From contig JACPEX010000019.1 in the NCBI GenBank assembly GCA_016183265.1, positions 15,441 through 79,440 on the forward strand: a stretch of 64,000 bases of DNA. The letters are read 5' to 3'. The stretch's first letter is position 1, and each line of letters begins with the position of its first letter. The notes below the pieces were generated by a model. It worked only from the letters and a program-made list of their open reading frames with translations, had not been told where the DNA came from and ran no database searches. Position numbers and translations under genes: made by a program. Positions 17,615 through 27,095 of this stretch are shown here, piece by piece. Origin of the DNA: Candidatus Daviesbacteria bacterium (lineage in GTDB: Bacteria > Patescibacteriota > Microgenomatia > Daviesbacterales > UBA10151).

Positions 17615-18833
17615 ATTTGAATAGGATAATACTAATTAAGATAAAAATGAAGGTTGAAATTAAAGAGAGACTTTTTTCGTTGTCAGATAAAAAATTATAA
17701 AGAACAGGATTATAGAGTAACTTCGGTAGTTTCAGATAAATCTCATTATAATAAATGTATACATAGTATAAATTTAGCAGATATGACAAACTTAATATTC
17801 CGGTGAGTATTATTACTAATCTAGATTTTAAGTAGATAGCTGTGAGGATCAGAAATACTAAAGCAGGATACAAATATCTTTCATGAACTCTGGTTGGGAG
17901 GAAGAAGAATCCCAATGTTGCAAGAGCTGCTAAAGTATATAAAGATAATTTATTTTTAAAATAAAAGTATCCTAAGATAAGCCAGTATAATGTCAGTAAA
18001 ATATATCCCCAGGTTTGGTAAGATATGTTATTAAAAAATTGACCATCATTGATCCAAAACCCTACTACCCCCCAGACATTATAGGCAAACAATGAGGTAT
18101 AAGGGTATTCATTGGCAGTATTGATAACGTGTTGTATTAAGTTGATAATTGTTTGATTTGGAAAGAAAGGGAAGCTTAGGATAAATGTTGTTAAAACTCC
18201 CGGTAAAGTTAGCTTGAATAAAGTTGATAAACTAAAGTTAAAAATTAAGAAAATAGCAAGTAGCGGCATTAGGGCGATAGCCTGGGGTTTTACCAGTAAA
18301 GCCAAGGCAAAGAAAATTGAACTAAGTATAAGGTTGTTTTTCTTTAAAGTAATAATTACAACCAACATCAGTAAGGCTAAGATGCTGTCAATTTGTCCCC
18401 ATATGGCACTATTAAAAATCAAAGCAGGATTAAATAAAATAAAAATGAAAACTAAGACAGCCCATTTTTTTGAAACAATTTTTTTAGTTTCTTTATATAT
18501 CAATAACCCAATAATTAATTCTGAAATTATTGCAGGTATTTTAAGTAATAAATAAAAAAAAGAATCATTTATAGATAATAGATTTTTTAAAAATCCTAAT
18601 ATACTAAGAATATACAGATATCCGGGTGTATAGTCGGAGAAATAATCTTTGCTGTAAAAATGGATAAAGTCAAAATGTTCAAGTCTTAATGCCCAGGCAA
18701 ACCAGTCATTCATATCAATCTGAAATCCTGGTAAAAATATTAAAATAATTCTGAGTAAAAATGCTGAAAAAAAGAGTAAAAAAAGAAAATGTTTTTTTGT
18801 GAAACTACTTAAAATTTTGTAGAAATTTACCAT
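17586..18833 (-). CDS. Polytopic membrane protein, probable GT-C glycosyltransferase (DUF2029/GT87-like)
   Basis: More than 10 TM helices. Operonic (overlapping) with the PMT-like gene. Confidence 0.55.
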   Translation of the reverse strand: MVNFYKILSSFTKKHFLFLLFFSAFLLRIILIFLPGFQIDMNDWFAWALRLEHFDFIHFYSKDYFSDYTPGYLYILSILGFLKNLLSINDSFFYLLLKIPAIISELIIGLLIYKETKKIVSKKWAVLVFIFILFNPALIFNSAIWGQIDSILALLMLVVIITLKKNNLILSSIFFALALLVKPQAIALMPLLAIFLIFNFSLSTLFKLTLPGVLTTFILSFPFFPNQTIINLIQHVINTANEYPYTSLFAYNVWGVVGFWINDGQFFNNISYQTWGYILLTLYWLILGYFYFKNKLSLYTLAALATLGFFFLPTRVHERYLYPALVFLILTAIYLKSRLVIILTGILSLSYLLNLYYVYIYYNEIYLKLPKLLYNPVLYNFLSDNEKSLSLISTFIFILISIILFKYAISEKAQV

Positions 18834-18834
18834 A

Positions 18835-20028
18835 GTGATATTATACCTTTTACCTATGTATAAAAAAGCTTTTCTGCTTTTCTTAATTACTTTAGTAGTC
18901 TATCATTTGTCCAGCAGAGGAGAAGGAGCACACTGGAACTATTTTGTGTTACTTGCTGATGCTTTTTTGCATGGCAGATTAGATCTTTTACAAAACCCTC
19001 TTTGGCTAAATGAACTGGTAAATTGGCAAGGGAGATATTATGTGGTTTTCCCGCCTATGCCCGCGGTTCTTTTAGTGCCTTTTGTTTATATATTCGGAAC
19101 TTCTTTTTCTCAGCCTTTTGCATCTGTATTTTTTGGTAGTATTAGTGCCGCAATATCATATCTTGTCTTTCTTAATATCTTTAGAGATAAAAAAATAGCC
19201 ATCTGGTCCAGCCTGCTTTTTGCTTTTGGAACCATATTTTGGTTTCATGCAGAAGTTGGCTCGGCTTGGTATTTTGCCCAAATTGTAGCCAACTTATTTT
19301 TATGGATAATGTTACTTGAGGTGACGACAAAAAAGAGATTATTTTTGGTAGGTCTTTTTATCGGGGCAGCTTATTTATCCCGAATACCTACTATATTAGC
19401 GGCAATTTTTCCAGTGATATATCTGCACGATAAGTTCTTTTTGTTCCAAAATAATAAAATACGAAATATTAATTGGCAGAATATATCTCTGTATGCATTT
19501 GGCTTGATTGCGGCCCTGTTTTTGAATGCGCTCTACAATTATTTCAGATTTGGAGTTGTATATGACATTGCCTACCAACTATTACCCGTATTTAACGAAC
19601 CCTGGTACAAATACGGATTAGTCAGTTTTTATTATATTCCTGTTCATTTAATTGAAATGTTTACGGCGTTGCCAAGAATTGTGAATTATCCGCCTTTTAT
19701 GATTCCTTCTATGTTTGCAATGGCTGTCTGGTTTACTACGCCAGCTTTTCTTTTGATTGCTTTTGCCAGATATAAAACAAAAATTATATTTGCCTCAGCG
19801 GTTACCGCAATTGCTATAGCGATACCTAGTCTAATGCATGGAGGAAATGGGTTTACCCAGTTCGGTTATAGACACACCTTAGATTATTTGCCTTTTTTAC
19901 TGATTCTTGTAATTAGCGGAATGAGGGAGAATCTAAAATGGTGGATAAAGGCCTTAATTATACTTAGCATAGTAGTTAATCTTTGGGGAGTTATAATGAT
20001 TAGTTTTTTAAGTATTTGGACAATGTAA
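18835..20028 (+). CDS. GT-C glycosyltransferase, PMT_2/ArnT-like
   Basis: Multi-TM protein with an early periplasmic loop (YYVVFPPMPAVLLVP). Divergent from the other two GT-C genes. Confidence 0.6.
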   Translation: MILYLLPMYKKAFLLFLITLVVYHLSSRGEGAHWNYFVLLADAFLHGRLDLLQNPLWLNELVNWQGRYYVVFPPMPAVLLVPFVYIFGTSFSQPFASVFFGSISAAISYLVFLNIFRDKKIAIWSSLLFAFGTIFWFHAEVGSAWYFAQIVANLFLWIMLLEVTTKKRLFLVGLFIGAAYLSRIPTILAAIFPVIYLHDKFFLFQNNKIRNINWQNISLYAFGLIAALFLNALYNYFRFGVVYDIAYQLLPVFNEPWYKYGLVSFYYIPVHLIEMFTALPRIVNYPPFMIPSMFAMAVWFTTPAFLLIAFARYKTKIIFASAVTAIAIAIPSLMHGGNGFTQFGYRHTLDYLPFLLILVISGMRENLKWWIKALIILSIVVNLWGVIMISFLSIWTM

Positions 20029-20035
20029 ATTTTAT

Positions 20036-20938
20036 ATGCAAAAGTTATTGGTAATTTTGGGACCAACATCAACCGGGAAAACTGATTTAGCTTTAAGATT
20101 GGCAAAGAAATTCAATGGTGAACTAGTGGCTTGTGATTCAAGGCAAGTATATACAGGATTAGATATTGGGACGGGAAAGTTGCCTGGTCAAGAAGTGACA
20201 GTAAGGAAGGGTAAAGGGCTTTGGGAGATGGATGGGGTAAAAGTTTGGATGTATGATGTGGCAGATTCAAAAAAACAACATACGGTTTATAACTATGTTA
20301 AAGATGCAAATAAAGTAATAGATAGCATAGTAAAGAGAGGAAAACTGCCTATTGTAGTTGGAGGGACAGGATTATATTTAAAAGCCTTACTTGAAGGGTT
20401 GCCAAATTTGGCGATACCTATTGACTTAAAGTTAAGAAAAAAATTAGAAAAACTATCTTTAGAGGAATTGCAAAAAAAGCTTCAGGAAATAGCTTCTAAA
20501 AGATGGGAAGAAATGAATAATTCTGATAGGCAAAACCCCAGGAGGTTAATTAGGGCAATAGAGATACTACAGAATTCAAAAGTCAAAATTCAAAAGTCAA
20601 AACTACAACTTAAAATTCAAAACTACCATACTTTAAAAATTGGGTTAATGGCTCCAAGGGAGGTTTTATATCAAAGAATTGATCAAAGAGTTGTTGATAG
20701 GATAAATCAGGGAATGATCGACGAAGCAGAGAAATTACACAAAAACGGCCTAAGTCTTAAGAGGATGAGACAATTGGGATTAGAATATGGGGGTTTGGCA
20801 GATTTTTTGGAAGGTAAAATTCAAGATCAACAAAAATTGATTAAGATTCTTCAGGGGAAAATTCATGGATACGCCAGAAGGCAGATAACCTGGTTTAAAA
20901 AAGAAAAAAATGTAATTTGGTTTGATATAACCCATTAA
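20036..20938 (+). CDS. miaA: tRNA dimethylallyltransferase
   Basis: P-loop GPTSTGKT, ACDSRQVY, GGTGLY. Contains an internal 12-mer tandem repeat (see finding). Confidence 0.92.
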   Translation: MQKLLVILGPTSTGKTDLALRLAKKFNGELVACDSRQVYTGLDIGTGKLPGQEVTVRKGKGLWEMDGVKVWMYDVADSKKQHTVYNYVKDANKVIDSIVKRGKLPIVVGGTGLYLKALLEGLPNLAIPIDLKLRKKLEKLSLEELQKKLQEIASKRWEEMNNSDRQNPRRLIRAIEILQNSKVKIQKSKLQLKIQNYHTLKIGLMAPREVLYQRIDQRVVDRINQGMIDEAEKLHKNGLSLKRMRQLGLEYGGLADFLEGKIQDQQKLIKILQGKIHGYARRQITWFKKEKNVIWFDITH

Positions 20939-20955
20939 TTCATGGTACTATTCTC

Positions 20956-21930
20956 TTGATGACTAGAAGAATTGATATATCCTACAAAACAGTTATTTTT
21001 ATTGCCATCTTCATATTGGCAATTTGGGTGACTTATTTAATTCGTGATCTTTTGATAATTTTATTTGTGGCAGTAATCTTGACATCTGCCTTATCGCCGC
21101 TGGTTGGATTATTAACTAGGTTTAAACTCCCAAAATCTCTAAGTATTGCCGTTGTTTACCTGACTTTAGTAGCTATTGTCGCAAGTTTATTGGCAATTAT
21201 TTTGCCGCCACTGGTTGAAGAAACCCGTAGACTTTTTTTAACAATCCCTCCCTATCTTGATCAGCTTTTGGATCAAGCTGCAATTGATAAATCAGTTTTG
21301 CAGTCACAATTAAGCAGCATATCCGGAAATGCTTTTTCTATCACCCTATCTATTTTTAGTAACTTGTTAACGATCATTTTTCTACTGGTTTTGACATTCT
21401 ATTTGCTGTTGGAACGGGAAGATGTGGAAAGGAGATTGGCTGCTCTTTTTGTCGGGAAAGAAGAAATGGTTAGGAAATTAATTATACAAATAGAAGAAAA
21501 ATTGGGTGGATGGCTGAGAGGACAGCTTTTCTTAAGTTTAATCATTGGAGTACTGACATACATTGGCCTGCTGATTTTAGGAATCCCATATGCTTTGCCG
21601 CTGGCAGTTATAGCCGGAATTTTGGAAGTAGTGCCGACAATCGGACCGATTATTTCAGCTATCCCTTCGGTTTTGATTGCATTAACCCTGTCTCCGGTTT
21701 TAGGCATAGTAGTGGGAGTTTTGTATTTTGCAATTCAACAGTTGGAAAATCACCTGATAGTGCCACAGGTGATGAAGCGGGCAGTTGGTTTAAATCCTCT
21801 GATAGTGATTCTGGCAATAGCAATAGGAGGAAGACTATTAGGTGTAGCAGGCGCGTTATTGGCAGTGCCAATGGCTGTTGTCATACAAATTATAGCTACA
21901 GAAATAATTAAAGAGAGAAAAATTGCCTAG
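20956..21930 (+). CDS. AI-2E family transporter (PerM/UPF0118)
   Basis: 8-TM profile and typical AI-2E sequence (GWLRGQLFLSLIIG, ILEVVPTIGP). Confidence 0.85.
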   Translation: MMTRRIDISYKTVIFIAIFILAIWVTYLIRDLLIILFVAVILTSALSPLVGLLTRFKLPKSLSIAVVYLTLVAIVASLLAIILPPLVEETRRLFLTIPPYLDQLLDQAAIDKSVLQSQLSSISGNAFSITLSIFSNLLTIIFLLVLTFYLLLEREDVERRLAALFVGKEEMVRKLIIQIEEKLGGWLRGQLFLSLIIGVLTYIGLLILGIPYALPLAVIAGILEVVPTIGPIISAIPSVLIALTLSPVLGIVVGVLYFAIQQLENHLIVPQVMKRAVGLNPLIVILAIAIGGRLLGVAGALLAVPMAVVIQIIATEIIKERKIA

Positions 21931-22220
21931 GAAAAGAATAAGCCAGATTCAGTTCGGTGAATATTATCTGAGTCTATTCACTTGATGATCATTTATCTGA
22001 TGCTCCTCACTTCGACAATCAAGCAAGCAGCTCTGTCGGTTCTAGGATTGCAGCGGGGAGGATTGCCACGTTTCATCCGAGCTTTACCCCGGTTCGTCAC
22101 TGTTGCTCTAACTAGGCCTTACGGCTGTCCGCTTACGCGGACCACCCTGCTTTATGCTGTCTGGACTTTCCTGAGCGTACCGTACGGTACACCCCGATCA
22201 TCCTTCTTCCTAGGCATGCA
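21922..22220 (-). ncRNA. rnpB: RNase P RNA (bacterial, reduced form)
   Basis: Minus strand reads ...GCUCAGGAAAGUCCAGACAGCAUAAAGCAGGGUGGUCC... (P4 5' strand, then the CAUA-GGGCAGGGUG-like block). It continues to ...ACUGAAUCUGGCUUAU (the ACAGAA-CCGGCUUA P4 3' block). P1 candidate is GCCUAGGAA/UUCCUAGGC. About 300 nt. Confidence 0.8.
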
Positions 22221-22443
22221 TATTATACCACGAAAAATCCCACAGAGTTTGACGCTTGTGGGACTCTTCGAAATGGTTTCGTTTTAACCACCAATTCTAA
22301 ACATAGAAGTGCCGCAAGATGGGCAAGTGCCTTTTGAGGCTTTTTTGCCGTTTTTCATAGTTACCTCTTGGACATTTTGCGCTTCCTGTTTTTGGCGGCA
22401 TTTCACACAATACATTTGTGCCATAAATAAGCTCACCCCCCTT

Positions 22444-22734
22444 CTATAAGAAATTAAGATTTAAGATGTGATTTTTTAAAAGAAAGAATAAAATAATTTG
22501 CGCACCAATCGCAAGCGAAGAGAGAGTAAAGATTTTGAACAGATCTTGATTTAAGAAAGAGATATCGGTAGAAGAGTCTGTAATAATTTTGTCTTTAACT
22601 CTGAACTCTTTGCCATAGACCTGCCGGCGGAGTAATTGCAAACGTTTTTCCAAATCGCTTTGATGCTTGGTCTGATGGATGGCCATACGCTCAGTTGAGC
22701 CTAGCACGCACAGAGTAGCTTTGTCAAGCACCAA
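22444..22734 (-). CDS. Hypothetical protein (96 aa)
   Basis: ORF only. Confidence 0.4.
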   Translation of the reverse strand: MVLDKATLCVLGSTERMAIHQTKHQSDLEKRLQLLRRQVYGKEFRVKDKIITDSSTDISFLNQDLFKIFTLSSLAIGAQIILFFLLKNHILNLNFL

Positions 22735-22776
22735 CTGAAGCTAAAATTATAGGTTTATGTTAATATTTAACTATCT

Positions 22777-23457
22777 ATGACTAAAAATGATGTAAAAATT
22801 ACCAGGTGCAAAGATAAAAATGAAGCTTCGCAAAAAGCTTTGGACCTTTTAATAACTAGCGTAGATTCCAATACCCTACTTCTTTTGTCCGGTGGCGCTT
22901 CTCCTGATTTGTTGTATCAGTTAATTGTTCAGGATAACACTTTAAGGCCGGGAGCAGTGGCATTAATCGATGAAAGGTTTGGAGTGCCGATGCATGATAA
23001 TAGTAATGAAAAGATGATTGCAGGGACTGGTTTGTTAGCGTATATAAATAATGAAGGAATTCCCTTCTATGGTATTTTAAAAAACAGCGATATGGAGATT
23101 GCTGCTAGAGCATATGAACAGATTACTAAAGATCTTTTCCGGAAGTTTTCCAAGAAAATTGCCATCATGGGGATCGGCAGTGACGGCCATACGGCCGGCA
23201 TTAAACCTGATCTGGAATATAATCATGCTAGGTGGGTAGTAGCATATGATGATACCGCTGGGTCTTTTGGCAAAAGGGTTACTTTAACTTTTGAAGCGCT
23301 TTCGGAGATTGATGAGTTTACGATTTTAGTATTCGGAGAAAATAAAAAAGAGGCATTTGAGAAGATGTTTGAAGAGTCAGATGAAAAGAAAGTACCTATG
23401 GCTTTTTATACAAATCATCCGACAAAGTCAACTATATTGACAACATTAGAAGCATAA
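22777..23457 (+). CDS. pgl: 6-phosphogluconolactonase/glucosamine-6-P deaminase family protein
   Basis: GIGSDGHTAGI and LLLSGGASP motifs of the Pgl/NagB fold. Confidence 0.8.
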   Translation: MTKNDVKITRCKDKNEASQKALDLLITSVDSNTLLLLSGGASPDLLYQLIVQDNTLRPGAVALIDERFGVPMHDNSNEKMIAGTGLLAYINNEGIPFYGILKNSDMEIAARAYEQITKDLFRKFSKKIAIMGIGSDGHTAGIKPDLEYNHARWVVAYDDTAGSFGKRVTLTFEALSEIDEFTILVFGENKKEAFEKMFEESDEKKVPMAFYTNHPTKSTILTTLEA

Positions 23458-23478
23458 AGTATATTGAAAGAGTAACTT

Positions 23479-23910
23479 ATGTATCCGGATTGGGTTAGTC
23501 CTGCCATTGCGGGATTTTTAGTAGTATGGCTAGGGTTTTTAAGCTTATTGATTTGGCAGCAAGAAAAAAACTTAAAATCACTTTTTCCTAAATCGGGCGA
23601 AAGGGATATTAGAAAAAAGTTTGCAGAGATTATAAAAATTATTGAAAGTTTTAAGAGTGAGTTATCTGTTTTGGATAAGAGTATAACGAGGGTAGAAATT
23701 TTGCGCTTTAACCCTTATGATGATACAGGAGGAGATCAAAGTTTTACAATATGTTTGTTGGATAATAAGGGATCAGGAATGGTGATAACCAGTTTGCATG
23801 CCAGGTCTGGAACTAGGGTATTTGGAAAAGAGATAATTTTAGGAAAAAGTAATAAATATAAATTATCAAAAGAAGAAGAGTCGATTATCAAAAAAGCAAT
23901 GGGAAATTAA
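23479..23910 (+). CDS. DUF4446-like membrane-anchored protein
   Basis: N-terminal TM, then the conserved RFNPYDDTGGDQSFTICLLD / ITSLHARSGTRV blocks. Confidence 0.6.
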   Translation: MYPDWVSPAIAGFLVVWLGFLSLLIWQQEKNLKSLFPKSGERDIRKKFAEIIKIIESFKSELSVLDKSITRVEILRFNPYDDTGGDQSFTICLLDNKGSGMVITSLHARSGTRVFGKEIILGKSNKYKLSKEEESIIKKAMGN

Positions 23911-23912
23911 GC

Positions 23913-25121
23913 ATGAAAAGAATAACAGAAATATTTGTAGGTTTAACAAATTTACAGAGGGTTTTAGCGTTAGTTATATTGGGAGTAATACTGTATGGTT
24001 TTTCCGCTTCCGTATCGTATGCACTGTTTAGCCGAGTTGGCCCTATTACTTCTGGTAAAGAAGAAGCAGTGCCTGTAATTCCTACAGCATCAAATATTTT
24101 AATTGAAGACCCGAATGAACCTAAGACTGAAACTTGTCCGTTAAATGGCAGTAAACATACCAAAAAGGCTGAGGAATCTTGGAGCAAACGAAGACCGCTG
24201 GCTGTAATGATTGAAAACCACGTAGAAGCCAGACCTCAATCAGGGCTTTCTTTCGCTGATGTGGTATACGAGGCAGTGGCAGAAGGGGGAATTACCCGTT
24301 TTATGGCGATATATTATTGTAACTTGGCTGATGTTCAAGTCGGACCTGTCAGATCAGCAAGAACATATTATCTGGATTGGTTAGTAGAATATGATGCTTT
24401 GTATGCCCATGTTGGAGGAGCAAATACTCCAGGACCAGCTGATGCTCTGGGACAGATTATTAAATATGGAGTAAAAGACTTAAATCAATTTAGTATTGGT
24501 TTTCCTGTCTTTTGGCGGGATTATCAAAGATTGGGTCGTTCAGTTGCTACCGAGCATACTATGTATTCTACTACTGCTAAACTATGGGAAGTCGGAGCAA
24601 AACGTGGTTGGACAGCTACAGATTCGGCTGGATTGAAATGGGATAAAAACTTTGTGTCTTGGAAGTTTAAAGACCCTTCGGCAGGTTCGACAAGCTCACT
24701 GCAAGCAAGCTCAGGACAGGCGACTAATATTAAGGTTAATTTTTGGGAATCCCAACCGGGATATGAGGTTAACTGGAATTATGACCAGGCTTCAAGCTCC
24801 TACAAAAGGAAAAATAACGGTTCGCCTCACATGGATTTGGATAACAATACCCAGCTGAGTCCGCAAGTAGTAATTGTCCAATTCAAAAGAGAATCTAATG
24901 CCAATGATGGTTACCCGGGGAATGTCCATCTTTTGTATGGAACAACCGGTTCTGGTAAAGCTTTAATCTTCCAGGATGGTAATGCAATAGAAGGCAAATG
25001 GATTAAAAATTCAAGACTTTCAAGAACAAAATATGTTGATAAGAGCAATAAAGAAATAGAGTTAGATGCAGGCCAAATCTGGATCCAGACTGTCCCGGAG
25101 GGATCTAAAGTTAGTTATTAA
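23913..25121 (+). CDS. DUF3048 domain protein (secreted/lipoprotein-like)
   Basis: Signal/TM, then RPLAVMIENH...RPQSGLSFADVVYE..AEGGITRFMAIY, characteristic of DUF3048. Confidence 0.65.
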   Translation: MKRITEIFVGLTNLQRVLALVILGVILYGFSASVSYALFSRVGPITSGKEEAVPVIPTASNILIEDPNEPKTETCPLNGSKHTKKAEESWSKRRPLAVMIENHVEARPQSGLSFADVVYEAVAEGGITRFMAIYYCNLADVQVGPVRSARTYYLDWLVEYDALYAHVGGANTPGPADALGQIIKYGVKDLNQFSIGFPVFWRDYQRLGRSVATEHTMYSTTAKLWEVGAKRGWTATDSAGLKWDKNFVSWKFKDPSAGSTSSLQASSGQATNIKVNFWESQPGYEVNWNYDQASSSYKRKNNGSPHMDLDNNTQLSPQVVIVQFKRESNANDGYPGNVHLLYGTTGSGKALIFQDGNAIEGKWIKNSRLSRTKYVDKSNKEIELDAGQIWIQTVPEGSKVSY

Positions 25122-25129
25122 TCCGCCAG

Positions 25130-25753
25130 TTGGCGGATTTCTGTCCAGAAAGGTGGTGTAAAAATATGCTTGAGGAACTTTTTGTCTCAAGAGTCCGGGT
25201 AAAAATACTACAGCTTTTTTTATCTTCAGGTGAGTCGCTTTTTCATGTCCGAGAGATAGTCAGGCGCGTTTCCGAAGAGATTAATGCAGTACGCCGCGAA
25301 CTGGCCAGAATGGAAAAATTCGGGATGGTTAGCTCAGAATGGCGGGCAAACCGGAGACTATACCGTTTTCGCAAAGACTATATCTATTACCAGGAACTCT
25401 TAAGTTTGGTGACTAAGTCAACCGGTTTAGGAGGAGCAATTATTAAAGGCAAAGGTAGATTAGGGCGGATTAAATATGCCATGATCGCCACCCGTTATCT
25501 GAATAATCAGTCTTCTGAGAGTGAGAATGTTGATCTATTGGTGGTCGGGCAGATAGTTTTGCCGGAGCTGCAGGCAATTATTGCTGATGAACAGGCTAAA
25601 AAAGAAAGGGAAATTAACTATTCTTTCATGGATGAAGCAGAGTTTCAATTTAGGGTTAAAAGACGTGACCCCTTTATTTTACGGGTTGTTACCCAACCAA
25701 AAATAATGCTTTTAGGTACGGAGGAAGATTTACTTTCCGGTGTGGTAATCTAG
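25130..25753 (+). CDS. Winged-helix (ArsR-like) transcriptional regulator with C-terminal domain
   Basis: RVKILQLF..LFHVREIV..VRRELARMEKFGMV is a wHTH. The likely true start is the internal MLEEL. Confidence 0.6.
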   Translation: MADFCPERWCKNMLEELFVSRVRVKILQLFLSSGESLFHVREIVRRVSEEINAVRRELARMEKFGMVSSEWRANRRLYRFRKDYIYYQELLSLVTKSTGLGGAIIKGKGRLGRIKYAMIATRYLNNQSSESENVDLLVVGQIVLPELQAIIADEQAKKEREINYSFMDEAEFQFRVKRRDPFILRVVTQPKIMLLGTEEDLLSGVVI

Positions 25754-25778
25754 GCTCTTTTTAGAGTATAATTTTTTA

Positions 25779-27095
25779 ATGCGGCCCCGAGTTACCTTGT
25801 GGATAATTTTAATTTTAACCATCTTAGCATTATGGGCAGATTCTCCTCCTTTTAAACAGGTCCCGGCTTTAAAAGTTTTAGATAAAAAAATTAATATTTT
25901 AGGAGTTTTTCCTTTAAAGTTAGGGCTTGACCTGCAAGGAGGAACTGAGCTTATTTTGGAAACTCAGATGGATAAAATTGAGCCCAAGGATAGGGATAAC
26001 GCTTTGGAATCTGCCAAAAATGTGATAGAACGAAGAGTTAATCTTTATGGTGTTTCGGAAGCCATCGTACAGACTTCTAAATTAGGGGAACAAAGAAGGA
26101 TTTTAGTAGAAATACCGGGACTTAAAGATGCTTCAGCTGCTGCTAATTTGGTGGGGAAAACTGCCCAATTGGATTTCCGGGAATTGCCTGCCACATTATC
26201 TGCCCAAGAACAAGAGGCTACGGAGTCAGGAGTGCCGATATTGGCTTTTGCTACCTCAACCGGTTTAACTGGCGCCGATTTAAAAAAAGCCCAAGTCACT
26301 TTTGGTTCCGGACAAGGAGGATCTGGACCGCAGGTATCAATTGAGTTTACTGCCGAGGGCAGCAAAAAATTTGCCGAAATTACTAAAAGGAATATAAATA
26401 AGCCATTGGCGATATTTTTGGATAATCAACCTGTTTCTGCACCTACAGTTCAGCAAGAAATTGTCGGGGGTAATGCTGTAATTACCGGCCAATTTACTAC
26501 CCAGGAGGCAAAAGAGTTGGTTATTCAGCTTAACGCAGGAGCATTACCTGTGCCAATTAAAGTAATAAGCCAGCATTTTATTGGACCGACTTTAGGCCAG
26601 GAATCAATTAATAAAAGTTTAGCGGCAGGAATAATTGGTCTTACCATAGTCATTATATATATGGCTGCGTATTATGGTATTTGGGGACTAATAGCGAATG
26701 GAGCTTTGATAATTTATGCTCTTTTAGTTCTGGCAATTTTTAAGACCGGTTTTTTTATTCCACAATTACAGTTTACTCTAACTTTGGCAGGAATTGCCGG
26801 GTTTATTTTATCAATCGGGATGGCGGTTGATGCCAATATTTTAATCTTTGAAAGAATGAAAGAAGAAATACGGTGGGGTAAGAGTAAATCGCTTGCTTTG
26901 GAATTAGGGTTTAAGCGGGCTTGGTCTTCAATTTGGGCATCCAATGTTTCCTCGCTTATGACTGTTGCTATTTTGTATGGGTTTGGCACATCTTTGATTC
27001 GCGGTTTTGCTATAACTTTAGCAATCGGGGTATTAGTTTCAATGTTTACGGCTATAGTTGTAACAAAAACCTTTTTAAAACTATTGATTAAATGA
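25779..27095 (+). CDS. secD: Protein translocase subunit SecD
   Basis: LGLDLQGGTELILE, a periplasmic domain and a C-terminal 6-TM bundle. Confidence 0.92.
   Translation: MRPRVTLWIILILTILALWADSPPFKQVPALKVLDKKINILGVFPLKLGLDLQGGTELILETQMDKIEPKDRDNALESAKNVIERRVNLYGVSEAIVQTSKLGEQRRILVEIPGLKDASAAANLVGKTAQLDFRELPATLSAQEQEATESGVPILAFATSTGLTGADLKKAQVTFGSGQGGSGPQVSIEFTAEGSKKFAEITKRNINKPLAIFLDNQPVSAPTVQQEIVGGNAVITGQFTTQEAKELVIQLNAGALPVPIKVISQHFIGPTLGQESINKSLAAGIIGLTIVIIYMAAYYGIWGLIANGALIIYALLVLAIFKTGFFIPQLQFTLTLAGIAGFILSIGMAVDANILIFERMKEEIRWGKSKSLALELGFKRAWSSIWASNVSSLMTVAILYGFGTSLIRGFAITLAIGVLVSMFTAIVVTKTFLKLLIK

Noticed and set aside
21982-22287. 101-aa plus-strand ORF (MMIIYLMLLTST...)
   Set aside because: It is exactly antisense to the RNase P RNA gene. 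Its GC-rich, structured sequence with conserved rnpB blocks explains the open frame. Not called as a CDS.
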